From assembly GCF_009914755.1 (NCBI RefSeq), contig NC_060945.1: a stretch of DNA of 64,000 nt. One strand, written 5' to 3'. Below are positions 41,725-61,599 of this stretch, piece after piece. How positions within the stretch are numbered: position 1 is the stretch's first letter; each line of letters starts with the position of its first letter. The DNA is from the human T2T-CHM13v2.0 reference genome, Homo sapiens. The notes under the pieces are model-generated. The model saw only the letters and a program-made list of their open reading frames with translations, did no database searches and had not been told where the DNA came from. Made by a program: the position numbers and the translations under genes.

Positions 41725-42790
41725 CTGTTGTTCTTAAACGGACACACTCGTGCATGTTGTTCCACTTGCTCCTGTCTTGGGGTTGATGAGGATGCCTTTT
41801 AGCTGTTTTTTTTATTTTTTTATTTTTGAGATAGAGTCTCACTCTGTTGCCCAGGCTGGAGTGCGATCCTCCCACCTCAGCCTCCCGAGCAGTTAGGACT
41901 ACAGGTGTGCACCACCACGCCCAGAAAATTTTTTAATTTTTTTATTTTTTTTGTGGAGATGGGGTCTCCCCATGTTGCCCAGGCTGGTCTCCTGGGCTCG
42001 AGTGATCCGCCCATCTCAGCCTCCCAAAGTGCTGGGGTTACAGGCTTGAGACATGACACCCAGCCCTCTATGTGTTTTTATGGAGGGATTTATGTAGTGG
42101 TATTTTTGGGGTGGCTCAAAAACCATGTCCTCACACTATCTTTCCAGAATCCTCTCAACCTTAGGAAAATTTGAAGACATACTCTATTGTACAACAGGTT
42201 GTGCAGACCAGTCTGTTGTACAATAGGTTATGTCATCAATTCATCACTATCCTACTGCACTTCATCAATTCATCACTATCCTACTGCACTCTCTGTCTCC
42301 AATGCCAGGCTCTAATTACACTTGTCCCATATCAGTTCCTCAAACATGAGCAGCCCTTTCCAAATCTCTAGGCCTCTGCTGTTGTTTTTCTGGAATTGCA
42401 GAGTTGTGTCTCCCTCGAATGCTGTCCCTCTGAATTCTTTGGAAATTCCTCTCTATCCTGGTTACTTACTTCTTTGATCGGGCATGGTGGCTCACGACTA
42501 TAATTCCAGCACTTCGGGAGGCCAAAGAAGGTGGAGCACTTGAGCCCAGGAGTTCAAGGCCAGCATGGGCAACACAGCAAGACCCCTTTCTCTATAAAAA
42601 ATATTTTAAAAATCAGCTGAGTGTGGTGGCACACACCCGTTGTCCCAACTACTTGGGAGACTAAGGCGGGAGGATTGCTTGAACCCAAGAGTTCAAGGTT
42701 GCAGTGAGCTATGATTGTGCCACTGTACTCCAGCCTGGGCAACAGAGTCTCTAGAAAAAGAAAAAAATCCAGGCCAGGCGCGGTGGCTCA

Positions 42791-43159
<369 letters not shown>

Positions 43160-43261
43160 TCAGTCTCCCAGGGTCAAGTAGTCCTCCCCACCTCAGCCTC
43201 CCAAGTAGCTGGAACCACAGGCGTGCGCCCCCAAGCACAATTAATTTTTTTTTTTTTTTGA

Positions 43262-43420
<159 letters not shown>

Positions 43421-43713
43421 TAGTAGAGATGGGGTTTTGCCATGTTGGTCAGGCTGGTCTCAAACACCCGACCTCAAGTGATCTGCCCGCCTTAGCCTCC
43501 CAAGGTGCTGGGATTACAGGTGTGAGCCACCACGCCCTGCCAGCTAATTCAATTTTTTTTTTTTTTTTTTTTTGTAAAGATGAGGTCTCCTCGTGTTGCC
43601 CAGGCTCGTCTCGAACTCCTGGGTTCAAGAGACCCTCGCAATGTAGCCTCTCAAAGTGCTGAGATTACAGACATGAGCCACTGCACCCAGCCAATTTCTC
43701 TTTCTAAAAATAA

Positions 43714-43923
<210 letters not shown>

Positions 43924-44034
43924 TGAACCCCTATCAAGTGAACCCCCAACCTCGACCTCCCAATGTGTTGGGATTATAGGCATGAGCCACTGCACCGGCC
44001 TTATGCCTTTAGGACTCTTATTTATTTATTTTGA

Positions 44035-44142
<108 letters not shown>

Positions 44143-44499
44143 TAGCTGGGATTACAGGCATGTACCACCACGCCCGGCTAATTTTGTATTTTTAGTAGAG
44201 ATGGGATTTCTCCATGTTGGTCAGGCTGGTCTCGAACTCCCGAAGTCAGGTGATCCGCCCGCCCACCTCGGCCTCCCAAAGTGCTGGGATTACAAGCGTG
44301 AGCTACCGCGCCCGGCCCCAGAACTCTTTTTTTTTTTTTTAAATCATGAGTTAGATTGATAGTTTTCAGGGCAAATCCAAACAGTCTACATTAATTTCCG
44401 TCTTTATTTCGTTAAGGTTTCACATGGACACTGGTGGATATGGAATGGCTTTTTTCTGCGCAATTCACATCCGACCAGGTCAAGTGACTGGAGTTCACC

Positions 44500-45480
44500 G
44501 GTCTCGGGTATACCGCATCTCGCGCCAGGCTTCAAACTCTAGATCCCCGAGTCTCGAGCTCCAGCTGGGTGTCGAGACGGGTACGGGCCGGCCGCGCCTC
44601 GCGCATGCGCCCTAGGCCCGCAGGGCCCCGCGCTGGAAGCTCAGCTCCCACTGTACCCTGCTTTAACCAGTCAGGCAATTCATCTTCCCCAAGCTCCCAA
44701 TTCGGCATTGCCTGGAGGCGGAAGTGGGTGGGAGGGGCCAGACGTGCGCCCCTCCCCGGAAGTGGGCGGTACCCATAGGGCTCCACAGTCGTTCCGCCAC
44801 CTCCCAGTCGGGTTGCGGCGGAGGCCGTTCCTGGCTTTGTAGCTCGCTCAAGATGGCGGCGCAGCCACCCCGCGGGATACGCCTCAGCGCGGTGAGCAGC
44901 CGCGAGGGGTGGAGCGGGCCGTGTCCCAGGAGGGCGGGCGGGCAAGCGAAGGGGGGCCGGCAGTGGGCGGTGGCGGCTTGTGGGGCCGACGCGGCGGCGG
45001 GGGCTGCGGCGGGGCCCGGGGAGGGGGCGGCCATCTCGCTCCCGTCGGCGGAACAGCTCGGCTGCGGGCCGGGCTGCGTTCCGTCGCCTCTGCATTGTGT
45101 TTCTGTTTTGCTTCGGGGCGGGCCAGGGTCGCGGCTCCTCCTCCCAGCTCCCTCCTAGTCTCCCAGCAGCTGTCGTCCGCGGGCGAGGCCTCGGCGGGAG
45201 ATCGGTCTGCTCTCGGGGCCGCGGGGCCCCTGACCCTCTTCTGTCCGCTGGGCGTCGTGGTGGGAGGGAGCGGGTTCCGCGTCCAGAAACGCCGGCGGCC
45301 TCGACGTCCCGGGGGCGGGGGGACGGGGCTGCGGGCCTGCCTGCGGGCGAGTGGAGTCAGGATGAGTGTGCCTGATGCCTGTCAGTGCCTGCAGCTTCCT
45401 TGGCAGTGGAAGCCTTGGGGCCCAGACCCTAGATCGCTGAGCTCGAGCTCTCCTCTTTATCCCGCGTTGCGTCTGTTTTG
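44500..45480. promoter_or_regulatory. MORC3: CpG island / MORC3 promoter
   Basis: very high GC and CpG; NRF1 palindrome GCGCATGCGC 44601-44610; ETS/GABP sites GCGGAAGTG 44718-44726 and CCGGAAGTG 44756-44764; YY1 CAAGATGGCGGC 44849-44860 overlapping the ATG. Confidence 0.92.
44853..44891 (+). CDS. MORC3: MORC3 (NXP2) exon 1 coding part, MAAQPPRGIRLSA
   Basis: Kozak aagATGG, GCG|gtgagc donor, inside the CpG island. Confidence 0.96.
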
Positions 45481-46644
45481 GGGCGTTTCGAGTTCTTGGA
45501 AACCCTGTGAACATTTCTTGTATCTTAAATCGTAGGGAGCGGTCACACAAGATAACTTGAAATCTCACGTCCAGGAAATGTGGGCGTGGCTTCCCCACCT
45601 GATTATCCTAAAAAACTTTTCTACCTTGTGAGCGCAGTTGATGTTATGCTGAAATGTTCCTCTTTTCTGGAGGTTGTTGACTTTTGCCAAAGAATGACTG
45701 CCCTAGTGCCACTAATTTTAACATTCGAATGGGTAGTGACTCCTTGGGGTACAAACATGTAGTGAATAATTGGTGCATTGCTCTGGGACTTTCATTCGTT
45801 TAGGCAGATTCTAACACCTGGTTTTGACGGACTTTAAATTTTTTCTAGTCCGATATTTGTGAAATGATAGTTGCTTTTACTTGCGTTTCCTTGACTGTTT
45901 GTGTTGTTGAGCTCTTCGCATGTATTAGTCTTTGTGGTTTTTTGTTTTGTTTTTTTGAATTGCCTATTCATATCCTTTGACCATTTTCTGTTTTTCTTTT
46001 GGGAGGATCTTTATTGATTTGTAAGAGTTCTTTACGTATTCTGGATAAAGGTCCATCCTTTCGTTATGTAACTAGCTTATTGAGTGAGCTAGGCTTTAGT
46101 AGTTTGAAAATAGAGGACAATTTTATTCTTTTTTTCTTTTTTTTTTTTTTAACCACTGAGTGTAAACATTAATTATTCCCCACTTGTGTGAATCTGGGTT
46201 GACTAACGCTTTCCCATTAGCTTAAGGTATTGTAAAGTCTGGCCTTACCTAGTTTAAAATCTCTATTCTCTCTCCCTCCCTTTTCCCCCTCTCTTTCCCC
46301 TATCTCCTTTCCCCACTTCTCTCTCCTTCCCCTCTCGAGGTTGAGTCTTGTTCAGGCCCAGAAACCTGTAGTGGAGAAGCGGAGTGAGTTGATTTCCTGT
46401 TTCTGTCCTTTGATTCTCTTCTCCCTTCCCGCCCCCAGGCCCTTGTAGACTCTGGCTCTTCAAGATTGAGGGGAGAAAGGAAGCAGAGATAATGGTCAGT
46501 GTTTAGAGACCAGCATTGTTAGCGGGCACTCTGGGTGTAGCTGCTGTCCATGTGCTGGGTCTTTGTTTTGTGGGTAATATGGGCTGTTGGGAACCTGACT
46601 GACAGAAATCTCCCATCTGCAGCCTCTTTGCTTTTGCTTTAGGT

Positions 46645-46835
46645 CAGGAGTTGGCAAACTACATACAGCTCATGGGCCAAATCCAGCCCAGCACCTGTTT
46701 TTGTGTGGCCTGAAGGCTAAGAGTGATTTATACATTTGTAAATGGTTGAGAAAAAAAGAAGAATGTTTAGTGACATAAAAATTATGCGAAATACAAATTT
46801 CAGTTTCCATAAAATTTTATTGGAATATAGCCAGA
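46645..46835. mobile_element. MER58-like hAT-Charlie fragment
   Basis: caggagttggcaaactac...gggccaaatccagcc. Confidence 0.65.
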
Positions 46836-46945
46836 AACATTATTTGCTTATAGTTTTCAAATGCATGCGTTAAGAGATAAAAATTAATGAGCTTATGTAT
46901 TTGTCAAAAGTCCTACATTTTAAGGCACAAAGGGTGAACCCTTAG

Positions 46946-47218
<273 letters not shown>

Positions 47219-48275
47219 TAAAGCACTGCGATTACAGGCCTGAGCCACTGTGCCCGGCCCAATGTATACACATTTTAAACAGTCATTTAGGAGGTCGGAG
47301 ATCCCAGGATGAAATGCAGAGTGACAAAAAGTTTTTAAATTTTTTGCTTTTTACCCCTGTAATTCTAGTGAAATGAAATGCATATACTTTGGTTTTTGTT
47401 GTTGATTTTTTTTTTCAGAAATGCTGCTGTGGATTTAGCTGATGCACACTCTTCACCACCTCCCATACTTCAATGCTTTTTTCACTTTTTTTGGTTGAAT
47501 TACTATATGGTTTGTTATTACTCTTACAAATGAGCTAGCCAGGGTAGTATGATTGCATTTTCTTTCCTATACAAACCTTTTGTTTTCCCTGAAGTTAATT
47601 GATTTATATTTTGTTTTCTTAGTTTTTCTCTGTACTGATCATCCAGACATCCAGAGAACTGGGAGCTCTTTTCCAGATGGATTCAGACACACCCAGTGTT
47701 TTGTCATTTGGAAGTCAGTTGGGAGTCATCGGCTCAGTCGTAATTTGGGGACTTCCCTTTAACATCTGTCTGGAAATTTCCTTCCTCTTTTCATGTGTCT
47801 CCATCTCACATATCCTTCTGTCTGATATGTAGCTTAGTGACTGCCATTCTGAAGCCTACTCTCTCGGGTTCAAATCCTGACTCATAACCAGATGTATGTC
47901 CTTGGCCAAGTCATTTAACCTCTTTGTGCCAGAGTTTCCAATCTGAATGTTGGCAATAATAATCTTGCACACCTCAAAGTGTTGTTTTAAAAATTACATG
48001 AGCAGATAGATAAATAAAAGGGCTGTGCGTGCCGTAGGTGCACAATAATGTTTGCTGTTTTTGTTATTGTTAGTGGTGGAGAATATCCACCACTAACAAT
48101 AACACCACTTCCAGAAACAGGTGTAGCTTCCTGAAAAAAGGGTTCATGGGAAGAAAAAAATTTCATCATTTCTTGAAAATACATTCATGCTACCCTTGCT
48201 CTTTCTTTAATTATAATTTGGCTGGATTTGCATTCTGGATTGGAAATTCTTTCCGAATTTTAAAGACGTGCTTGA

Positions 48276-48766
<491 letters not shown>

Positions 48767-48866
48767 TAGTTTTAATTGTTACAAGCAATGTCTTAGCTTT
48801 TGAATGTCTTTTTGAATTCTCCCTGGACAAAATGTTCATTCTTATTGCTAGATACATTAACTGTAG

Positions 48867-49070
<204 letters not shown>

Positions 49071-49182
49071 TAGCCAGGATGGTCTTGATCTCCTGACCTC
49101 GTGATCTGCCTGCCTCGGCCTCCCAAAGTGCTGGGATTACAGGCGTGAGCCACCATGCCTGGCCTAACCGTAGTATTTTTGA

Positions 49183-49509
<327 letters not shown>

Positions 49510-50247
49510 TGATCTTGAACTCCTGACCTCAACTGATCCACCCGCCTCGGCCTCCCAAAGTGCTGGGATTACAGGCGTGAGCCACCGCGCCTGGCAGCCT
49601 TCTCACATTTTTAAGTGAGACACTTAAAGCTGACTGCAAAATTTTCATACATGAATAGAGCTAGTCCTTTGGTGGGCTTCACTGTTGGGTGATCACATAG
49701 GAAGGAGTCATTTTGTTGGGGGTGCTCTATGTTGGTATTTGTAGACCATAAAAAATGGGAACTGTTGGACCATAAGTATATTTTTAAAAACTGAAAATTT
49801 TAAAAAGTAATTTTAAAAAACGAGAACAACAAAAACAAGATGCTATCCAGAAAAGCCAGGCGGAATTGCTAAGAACCAAATAGAACTTTGAGAAATCAGC
49901 TTCCCAAGGAGGAATTCTACGTCTGGTCTCCTGCCATGGCATAATTCTGGCTGCTAGCTCTTGGAAATTGGCATGAAAGGAAGAAAGGCGTATCACATTG
50001 TTCAGTTTGCTGACTTGCTGTTTGTTTGATTATTTGTTTATTATTGTAATAAAACACATGTAGCAAACAATTTATGCTAACCATTTTAAAGTTTCAATTC
50101 AGTAGTGCTAAGTACATTCACATGGTTGTGTAATAACCAGTCTCCAGAACTCTTCTTGTTGGGAAACTAAAACCCTGTTCCCGTTAAATAGTAACTTCTC
50201 CAGCACCTGACAAACACTATTCTACTTTCTGTCTAGGAATTTGACTA

Positions 50248-51247
<1,000 letters not shown>

Positions 51248-51329
51248 TACTCCTATCAGTGGAATTATACAATATTTGACTTGTGACTGCCTTATTCATT
51301 AATGTCTTCACGGTTCATCCATGTTGTAG

Positions 51330-51629
<300 letters not shown>

Positions 51630-52445
51630 TGACCTCAGGTGATCCGCCCACCTCAGCCTCCCAAAGTGCGGGGGTTACAGCAGGCGTGAGCCAGCGCGCC
51701 TGGCCTCAAATTTAAATTTAAAGATATTAATTGGCTTTATTTCTTTTTTTTTTTTTTTTTTTTTTTTTTTTGAGACAGACACTCCCAGGCTGGAGTGTAG
51801 TGGTGAGATCTCTCAGCTCACTGCAACCTCTTCCTCCCATGTTCAAGCAATTCTCCTGCCACAGCCTCCTGAGTAGCTGGGATTACAGGCGCTCACCACC
51901 ACACCTGGCTAATTTTTTTGGCTTTTGGTAGAGACGGGGTTTTGCCATGTTGGCCAGGCTCGTCTCCTAACCTCAAGTGTTCTGCCCGCCTCAGCCTCCC
52001 AAAGTGCTGGGATTACAGGAGTGAACCACCGTGCTTGGCCTTTATTTCCTATTCTGGAATTGGGCAACACTTCTTCCATAAAATACAGTAAGTGTTCTAG
52101 TGAACTGAACAGAGGAGGCTGGCTTTGTAGACAGAAAAAGGCCGAAAGAAAGCAGAAACAAAGAACAAAAAGCAGATACGTCATTTCAAAGTTAAAAACA
52201 ATAGATAAATAACTGACTGACATCAGGTTACTTTTTGTTGTAAAACAACAAAATGGAGGGAACTTATTATCTGTCATACCAGTTGATGACTGAAACTGAC
52301 CTGTTCGGTAAATTGGCTGTTATCTCCCTTGATTTCGCTGAAGGTCAGATAACAACTTAGTTTCAGTTTGGTGACTGAAATTTTAGCATGGGTGACTCCA
52401 TTTTGATTTTTAGTCTGTTTTTGGAGGCCTAGAGCAGGAGCTTAG

Positions 52446-52625
<180 letters not shown>

Positions 52626-52628
52626 TAG

Positions 52629-52799
<171 letters not shown>

Positions 52800-53384
52800 T
52801 GATATGATCAAAAATGTATATTTGTTCTTTGTCCTGGTTCTTGGCACTGGAGTTCCTGAAATCTTTGGTATTTCCTGATAACTATGAGTGGAACATCTTT
52901 TGTTATTTATAATAATAAGCCCCCCCCCGCCTTTTTTTTTTTTTTTTTTAACCACACCTTAGTTCATGCTCCCTCTGTCGCCCAGGCTGGAGTGCAGTGG
53001 CGCCATCGCAGTCTCCACCTACTGGGTTCAAGTGATTCTCCCGCTTCAGCCTCCCCAGTAGCTGGGACACAGGCGCGCACCACCACGCCTGGATATTTTT
53101 TGTATTTTTAGTAGAGACAAGGTTTCGCCATGTTGGCCAGGCTGGTCTTGAACTCCTAACCTCAGTTGACCTACTCACCTCGGCTTCCCAAAGTGGTGGG
53201 ATTACAGGCATGAGCCACCGCGCCTGGCCAATTTTTTGTATTTTTAATAGAGACAGGGTTTCACCATGTCAACGAGGCTGGTCTTGTACTCCTGACCTCT
53301 GGTGATCCACTTGCCTCAGCCTCCCAAAGTGCTGGGATTACAGGTGTGAGCCACTGGGCCCAGTCTGTAATATCCTTTACATTG

Positions 53385-53991
<607 letters not shown>

Positions 53992-54148
53992 TTACAATGA
54001 ATCAGTGTTTTTTTTGGGTTTTGTGAGCATTATAGCACATTATCAAACATGAGGGGAATCATGTGAATGCCCAATTTATGGTTGGTCTGTCAGAAGTACA
54101 GGAGACTAAGGGTTTATAGTAGTTGACTAATTTCTCCTTGTTTGGTAG

Positions 54149-55260
<1,112 letters not shown>

Positions 55261-56384
55261 GTAGCCAGAGGTTTTACACCCCAAGGCCATGTCCCATGGT
55301 TAAGATGTAGAGTGGGGGAGGAGTGTATCATTCTTTTATCAGTGGTAGAATGATATTTGTACAGGGGAGAAGGTGGGACAGGAAAGTTTTCCTGATGGCT
55401 CACTTTTGAGAAAAGACTTCTTGTGCAAGATGAAGAGCTGGAAATTTAGTTTCATTAAGAACTGTTTGTGATGTGTGCTTTAGAAAGTCTTGAGTTACCT
55501 ATACTCCATATTTCACGGATGTATGCTGTATTATGTGATGTCTGCCAGAGCAAGTCTAAATTGCATATATACCAGTTTGAACAGTCTTCTTCAGGATACT
55601 GTTTCTCACTTGTGTGCTTCAACTTAATGGTAAATGAAGGTTTTGGAATTGTCCAGAAGCAAGTGTGGACAGAGGAGAAGTAGACCTTTCTGACACCTTG
55701 TGGCAGCACGTGAGCACTACAGATGTGGTTGGCTTGATCTACAGTCTAATCATATTTTTAGGGCTCTTCACACTGCAAAGTGCTTTCCACCTTTTTTCCC
55801 CTTATTAGGAGAGAATCTGTTCAGAATGAACAAAAAAATTGCATGAAAATTCTCTGCATACTGAAATTTTTAAGGCTCTGCCTTTTAAAACTACTTGTGT
55901 GTTTTTGGCCAGGCACGGTGGCTCATGCCTGTAATCCCAGCACTTTGGGAGGCTGAGGTAGGCAGATCACGAGGTCAGGAGATTGAGACCATCCTGCCTA
56001 ACACGGTGAAACCCCGTCTCTACTAAAAATACAAAAAATTAGCTGGGCATGGTGGTGGGCACCTGTAGTCCCAGCTACTCGGGAGGCTGAGGCAGGAGAA
56101 TGGTGTAAGTAAACCCGGCGGGCGGAGCTTGCAGTGAGCTGAGATGGCGCCACTGCACTCCAGCCTGGGCAGCAGAGCGAGACTCCATCTCAAAAAAACA
56201 AAAAACAAACAAACAAAAAAACTACTTGTGTGTTTTTATACATTTGGTACGTACCACTACTCAGGAACTTAAGAGAGTTCCCAATAGCATGAGGTTGACT
56301 GGCATATTCTTCCATAATGAATTGTGAGTAAAATCAGGCATAAAAGCCTTGGGAATTAAGATGCAATGCAAATTTGTTGCATTG

Positions 56385-57610
<1,226 letters not shown>

Positions 57611-58240
57611 TGACCTCGTGATCTGCCCGCCTCGGCCTCCCAAAGTGGTGGGATTACAGGCATGAGCCACTGCGCCCGGCCAACAATTGGAACTCTTATT
57701 TGAATTCTTTGAAGAGTTTGTAGATGTATACTACTCCACTGCTGCAAGTTCAGCTATAATGAACTTGGAGTAAATAATGAAGTCACAGTGCCAGAAAAAC
57801 TTAGTGATCAAGCACAGTTAAGTTTATTAGGCCTGATACACGTAGGAGAAAGTGCCTCCTTGACAAAGTCTTAGTTGTGTCTCAGAATAGAGAAATTAGG
57901 AAATGGTGTTTATAGGATTTTAGGGCCTTGGCTGGATCATTTTAAGGTAGGTCTTGGCAAGGTATGTCCCTATTTGGGATTGGACAGTTATGACATTGTA
58001 GACATAAAGAGGGCAAGGGTTTTGAACCAAGTCTTGGTGAGTAAGCTGTTTAGTTGGTTCCCAGTGTTATCTTCCAAGAATCGTATATTCTAGATTGTAT
58101 CTTCCAGATGTATCCTGGAGCAAGCAGCTAAGTCACTTTTGTTTGGTCTCAATGTTGTTTAACACAGGGATAAAAATACTGGTTTTTATTTTCAAAAGTA
58201 AGACCTGAATTAATTTACATGGACCTTTTGTTTGTTTCAG

Positions 58241-58313
58241 CTTTGCCCGAAGTTTTTACATACAAATTCTACTAGTCACACCTGGCCATTCAGTGCAGTT
58301 GCTGAATTAATAG
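58241..58313 (+). CDS. MORC3: MORC3 exon 2, [24 protein letters not shown](D)
   Basis: tttgtttcAG / TAG|gtatgt, 73 nt; GHKL motif I (catalytic E35 by counting). Confidence 0.97.
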
Positions 58314-59838
58314 GTATGTAGTTTGACATTTCATATACCATTTGTTGCTTACAATTGTAGTGTTTTTTTTTTTGTTTTGTTTTGTTTTTTTTTTTTAAAC
58401 AGAGTCTCTCTCTGTCGCCCAGGCTGGAGTGCAGTGGCGCAGTCTCGGCTCACTGCAAGCTCTGCCTCCTGGGTACACGCTATTCTCCTGCCTCAGCCTC
58501 CTGAGTAGCTGGGACTACAGGCACCTGCCACCACGACCAGCTAATTTTTTTGTATTTTTTTTTAGTAGAGACGGGGTTTCACTGTGTTAGCCAGGATGGT
58601 CTCGATCTCCTGACCTCGTGATCCGCCCGCCTCAGCCTCCCAAAGTGCTGGGATTACAGGTGTGAGCCACCGCACCCGGCCTACAAAAATATTTTAAAAA
58701 TCAGCTGGGTATGGTGGTGCAGGCCTGTGGTCCCGGCTACTCAGGAGGCTGAGGTGGGAGGATCACGTGAGACCGGGAAGTTGAGGCTGCAATGAGCCGT
58801 GATTGTGCCATTGCATTCCAGCCTGGGCAGGCGACAAAGCAAGAAAAAAAACAGATACCTTGAATGATAACATTAATGATAAAAATTGCATAGCATAACA
58901 GCTATTCACATGGATGTCAGATTAGTCACTGTTCAGCTTTCTCTTTAATACTACCCAAGTATTTCATAGTGTTTAGGATTTACTTTGCTAAGTTCCTGAA
59001 GTGTTTATATTGAAAATATTTTTATTTTTATTATAAAAGTAAACAGTGAGAATTATGGGGAATTTGTTTGCTTATTTTGAGATGAGGTCTCACCATGTTG
59101 TCCAGGCTGGTCTCAAACTCCTGGGCTCAGGCGATCCTCCCACCTCAGCCTCAGGAGTATCTGGGATTACAAGTGTGCACCACAGTGACTGGCAGAATTA
59201 TGTTTATTAGTAGTACAAAAGTATGTGTAACATACAGCATGGATTCATTTTTCTGGTATCAATAGGAGGATTGGTATTGTGTTAGATATGTAATAAGTTC
59301 TTGCTTCTTTCAATAAATGGGAAGTTTAAGGTTTAGGATTGTATTTTAACAGCATTTCAATGAACGTGAGAAAGCGGCAAGGTTGCGGTCTGATTTGCAT
59401 TTATGGGTCATGATTTTTTTCTTGGGAAAAATTCATGCATAGGCTGGGCACACAGTTGTTCACACCTGTAATCCCAACACTTTGGGAGGCTGAGGCAGGA
59501 GGATCACATGAGCCCAGGAGTTGGGGCCCACCCTGAGAAACATAGTGGGACCCCATCTCTACAAAAAATACAAAAATTCGCCAGGGTGGTGGTGCACACC
59601 TGTAGTCCTAGTGACTCGGGAGTCTGAGGTGGGAGGATCACTCGAGCCAGGGAAGTCAAGGCTGCAGCAGAGTGAGTCTTCCTCCAGCCTGGGCTACAGT
59701 GAGACCCTGTCTCCAGAAAAAAGGAAAAGAAAAAGAAAAGAAAAATTCATGCACACAAACATAAGCCTAATTGAAAAATTTAGGCATATGTTTAAGAAAC
59801 AGATAATAAAGGGAAATTGTATTCTTAGGAATTCTTAG

Positions 59839-60144
<306 letters not shown>

Positions 60145-60502
60145 TGATCCACCCACCTCTGCCTCCCAAACTGCTGGGATTACAGGCATGAGCCGCTGCG
60201 CCCAGCCCTATTTTTCATTTTTAAACGTATTTCTTCCTACACCTATTCTGAGAGAAATGAGTATGCTAAACAAGGATGTTAAATGGAGAAGTATACAGAA
60301 ATAAAAATGTAAAAGCCACCAGAAACTTGGTTTAACTTGGTTAAACTGAAAAGGATCACAATTTAAAGAAATAGTAGAAAGTAAATCTTCCATCCTTGTA
60401 TGTAACTTAGCAGAAAATGTTGCTGCCTTTTCATTTATTTATTGATTATTGTGTACCTTCCATTGACACTCAGATCTCTTTCCCCTACAATAGCCAGGTT
60501 AG

Positions 60503-61049
<547 letters not shown>

Positions 61050-61466
61050 TGATCTCAAACTCCTGACCTCAGGTGATCTGCCCGCCTCAGCCTCCCAAAG
61101 TGCTGGGATTACAGGCGTGAGCCACCACATGCAGACTTAGTCCATCTTTTAATCATCTCTGCAGTGTAGTGATTTTTCTTCCTTTGTACTTCTTTGGTGT
61201 GCTGGGTACCAGTCTTTGCTGTCTCTTTAACATGGAGGGTGTTAATTCTATAATAGTCAATTAATATATACCAGGATGCAGTTTATTTTCATGTTTTTAA
61301 ATCTTATTTTCATGTTTAAAATCTTTAAATTTTAAAGCTGCTAAAAATTGCAGCTTTTAAAGTTGTCTTAAAACATAGTCTTCTATTGCTTCTTACAGGA
61401 TTGTTCTGAACTAATTGCTCTTTTTAAAGTGTAAAATCAGAATTTCTTCAAACTTGTGTTTCCCAG

Positions 61467-61599
61467 ATAATGCTTATGATCCTGATGTGAACGCTAAACA
61501 AATATGGATTGACAAAACAGTGATAAATGACCATATATGCTTGACATTCACCGACAATGGGAATGGTATGACTTCTGATAAATTACATAAAATGCTAAG
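61467..61599 (+). CDS. MORC3: MORC3 exon 3, [43 protein letters not shown](S)
   Basis: tttcccAG / AAG|gtaggt, 133 nt; GHKL motif II DNGxGM. Confidence 0.97.

Noticed and set aside
44532-45598. Long overlapping ORFs (123-208 aa) on both strands
   Set aside because: Expected from stop-poor GC-rich CpG-island sequence; only the 13-codon MORC3 exon 1 is supported.
46261-46335. CT-rich tract as a splice acceptor or H-DNA element
   Set aside because: No convincing exon or mirror symmetry; ordinary low-complexity sequence.
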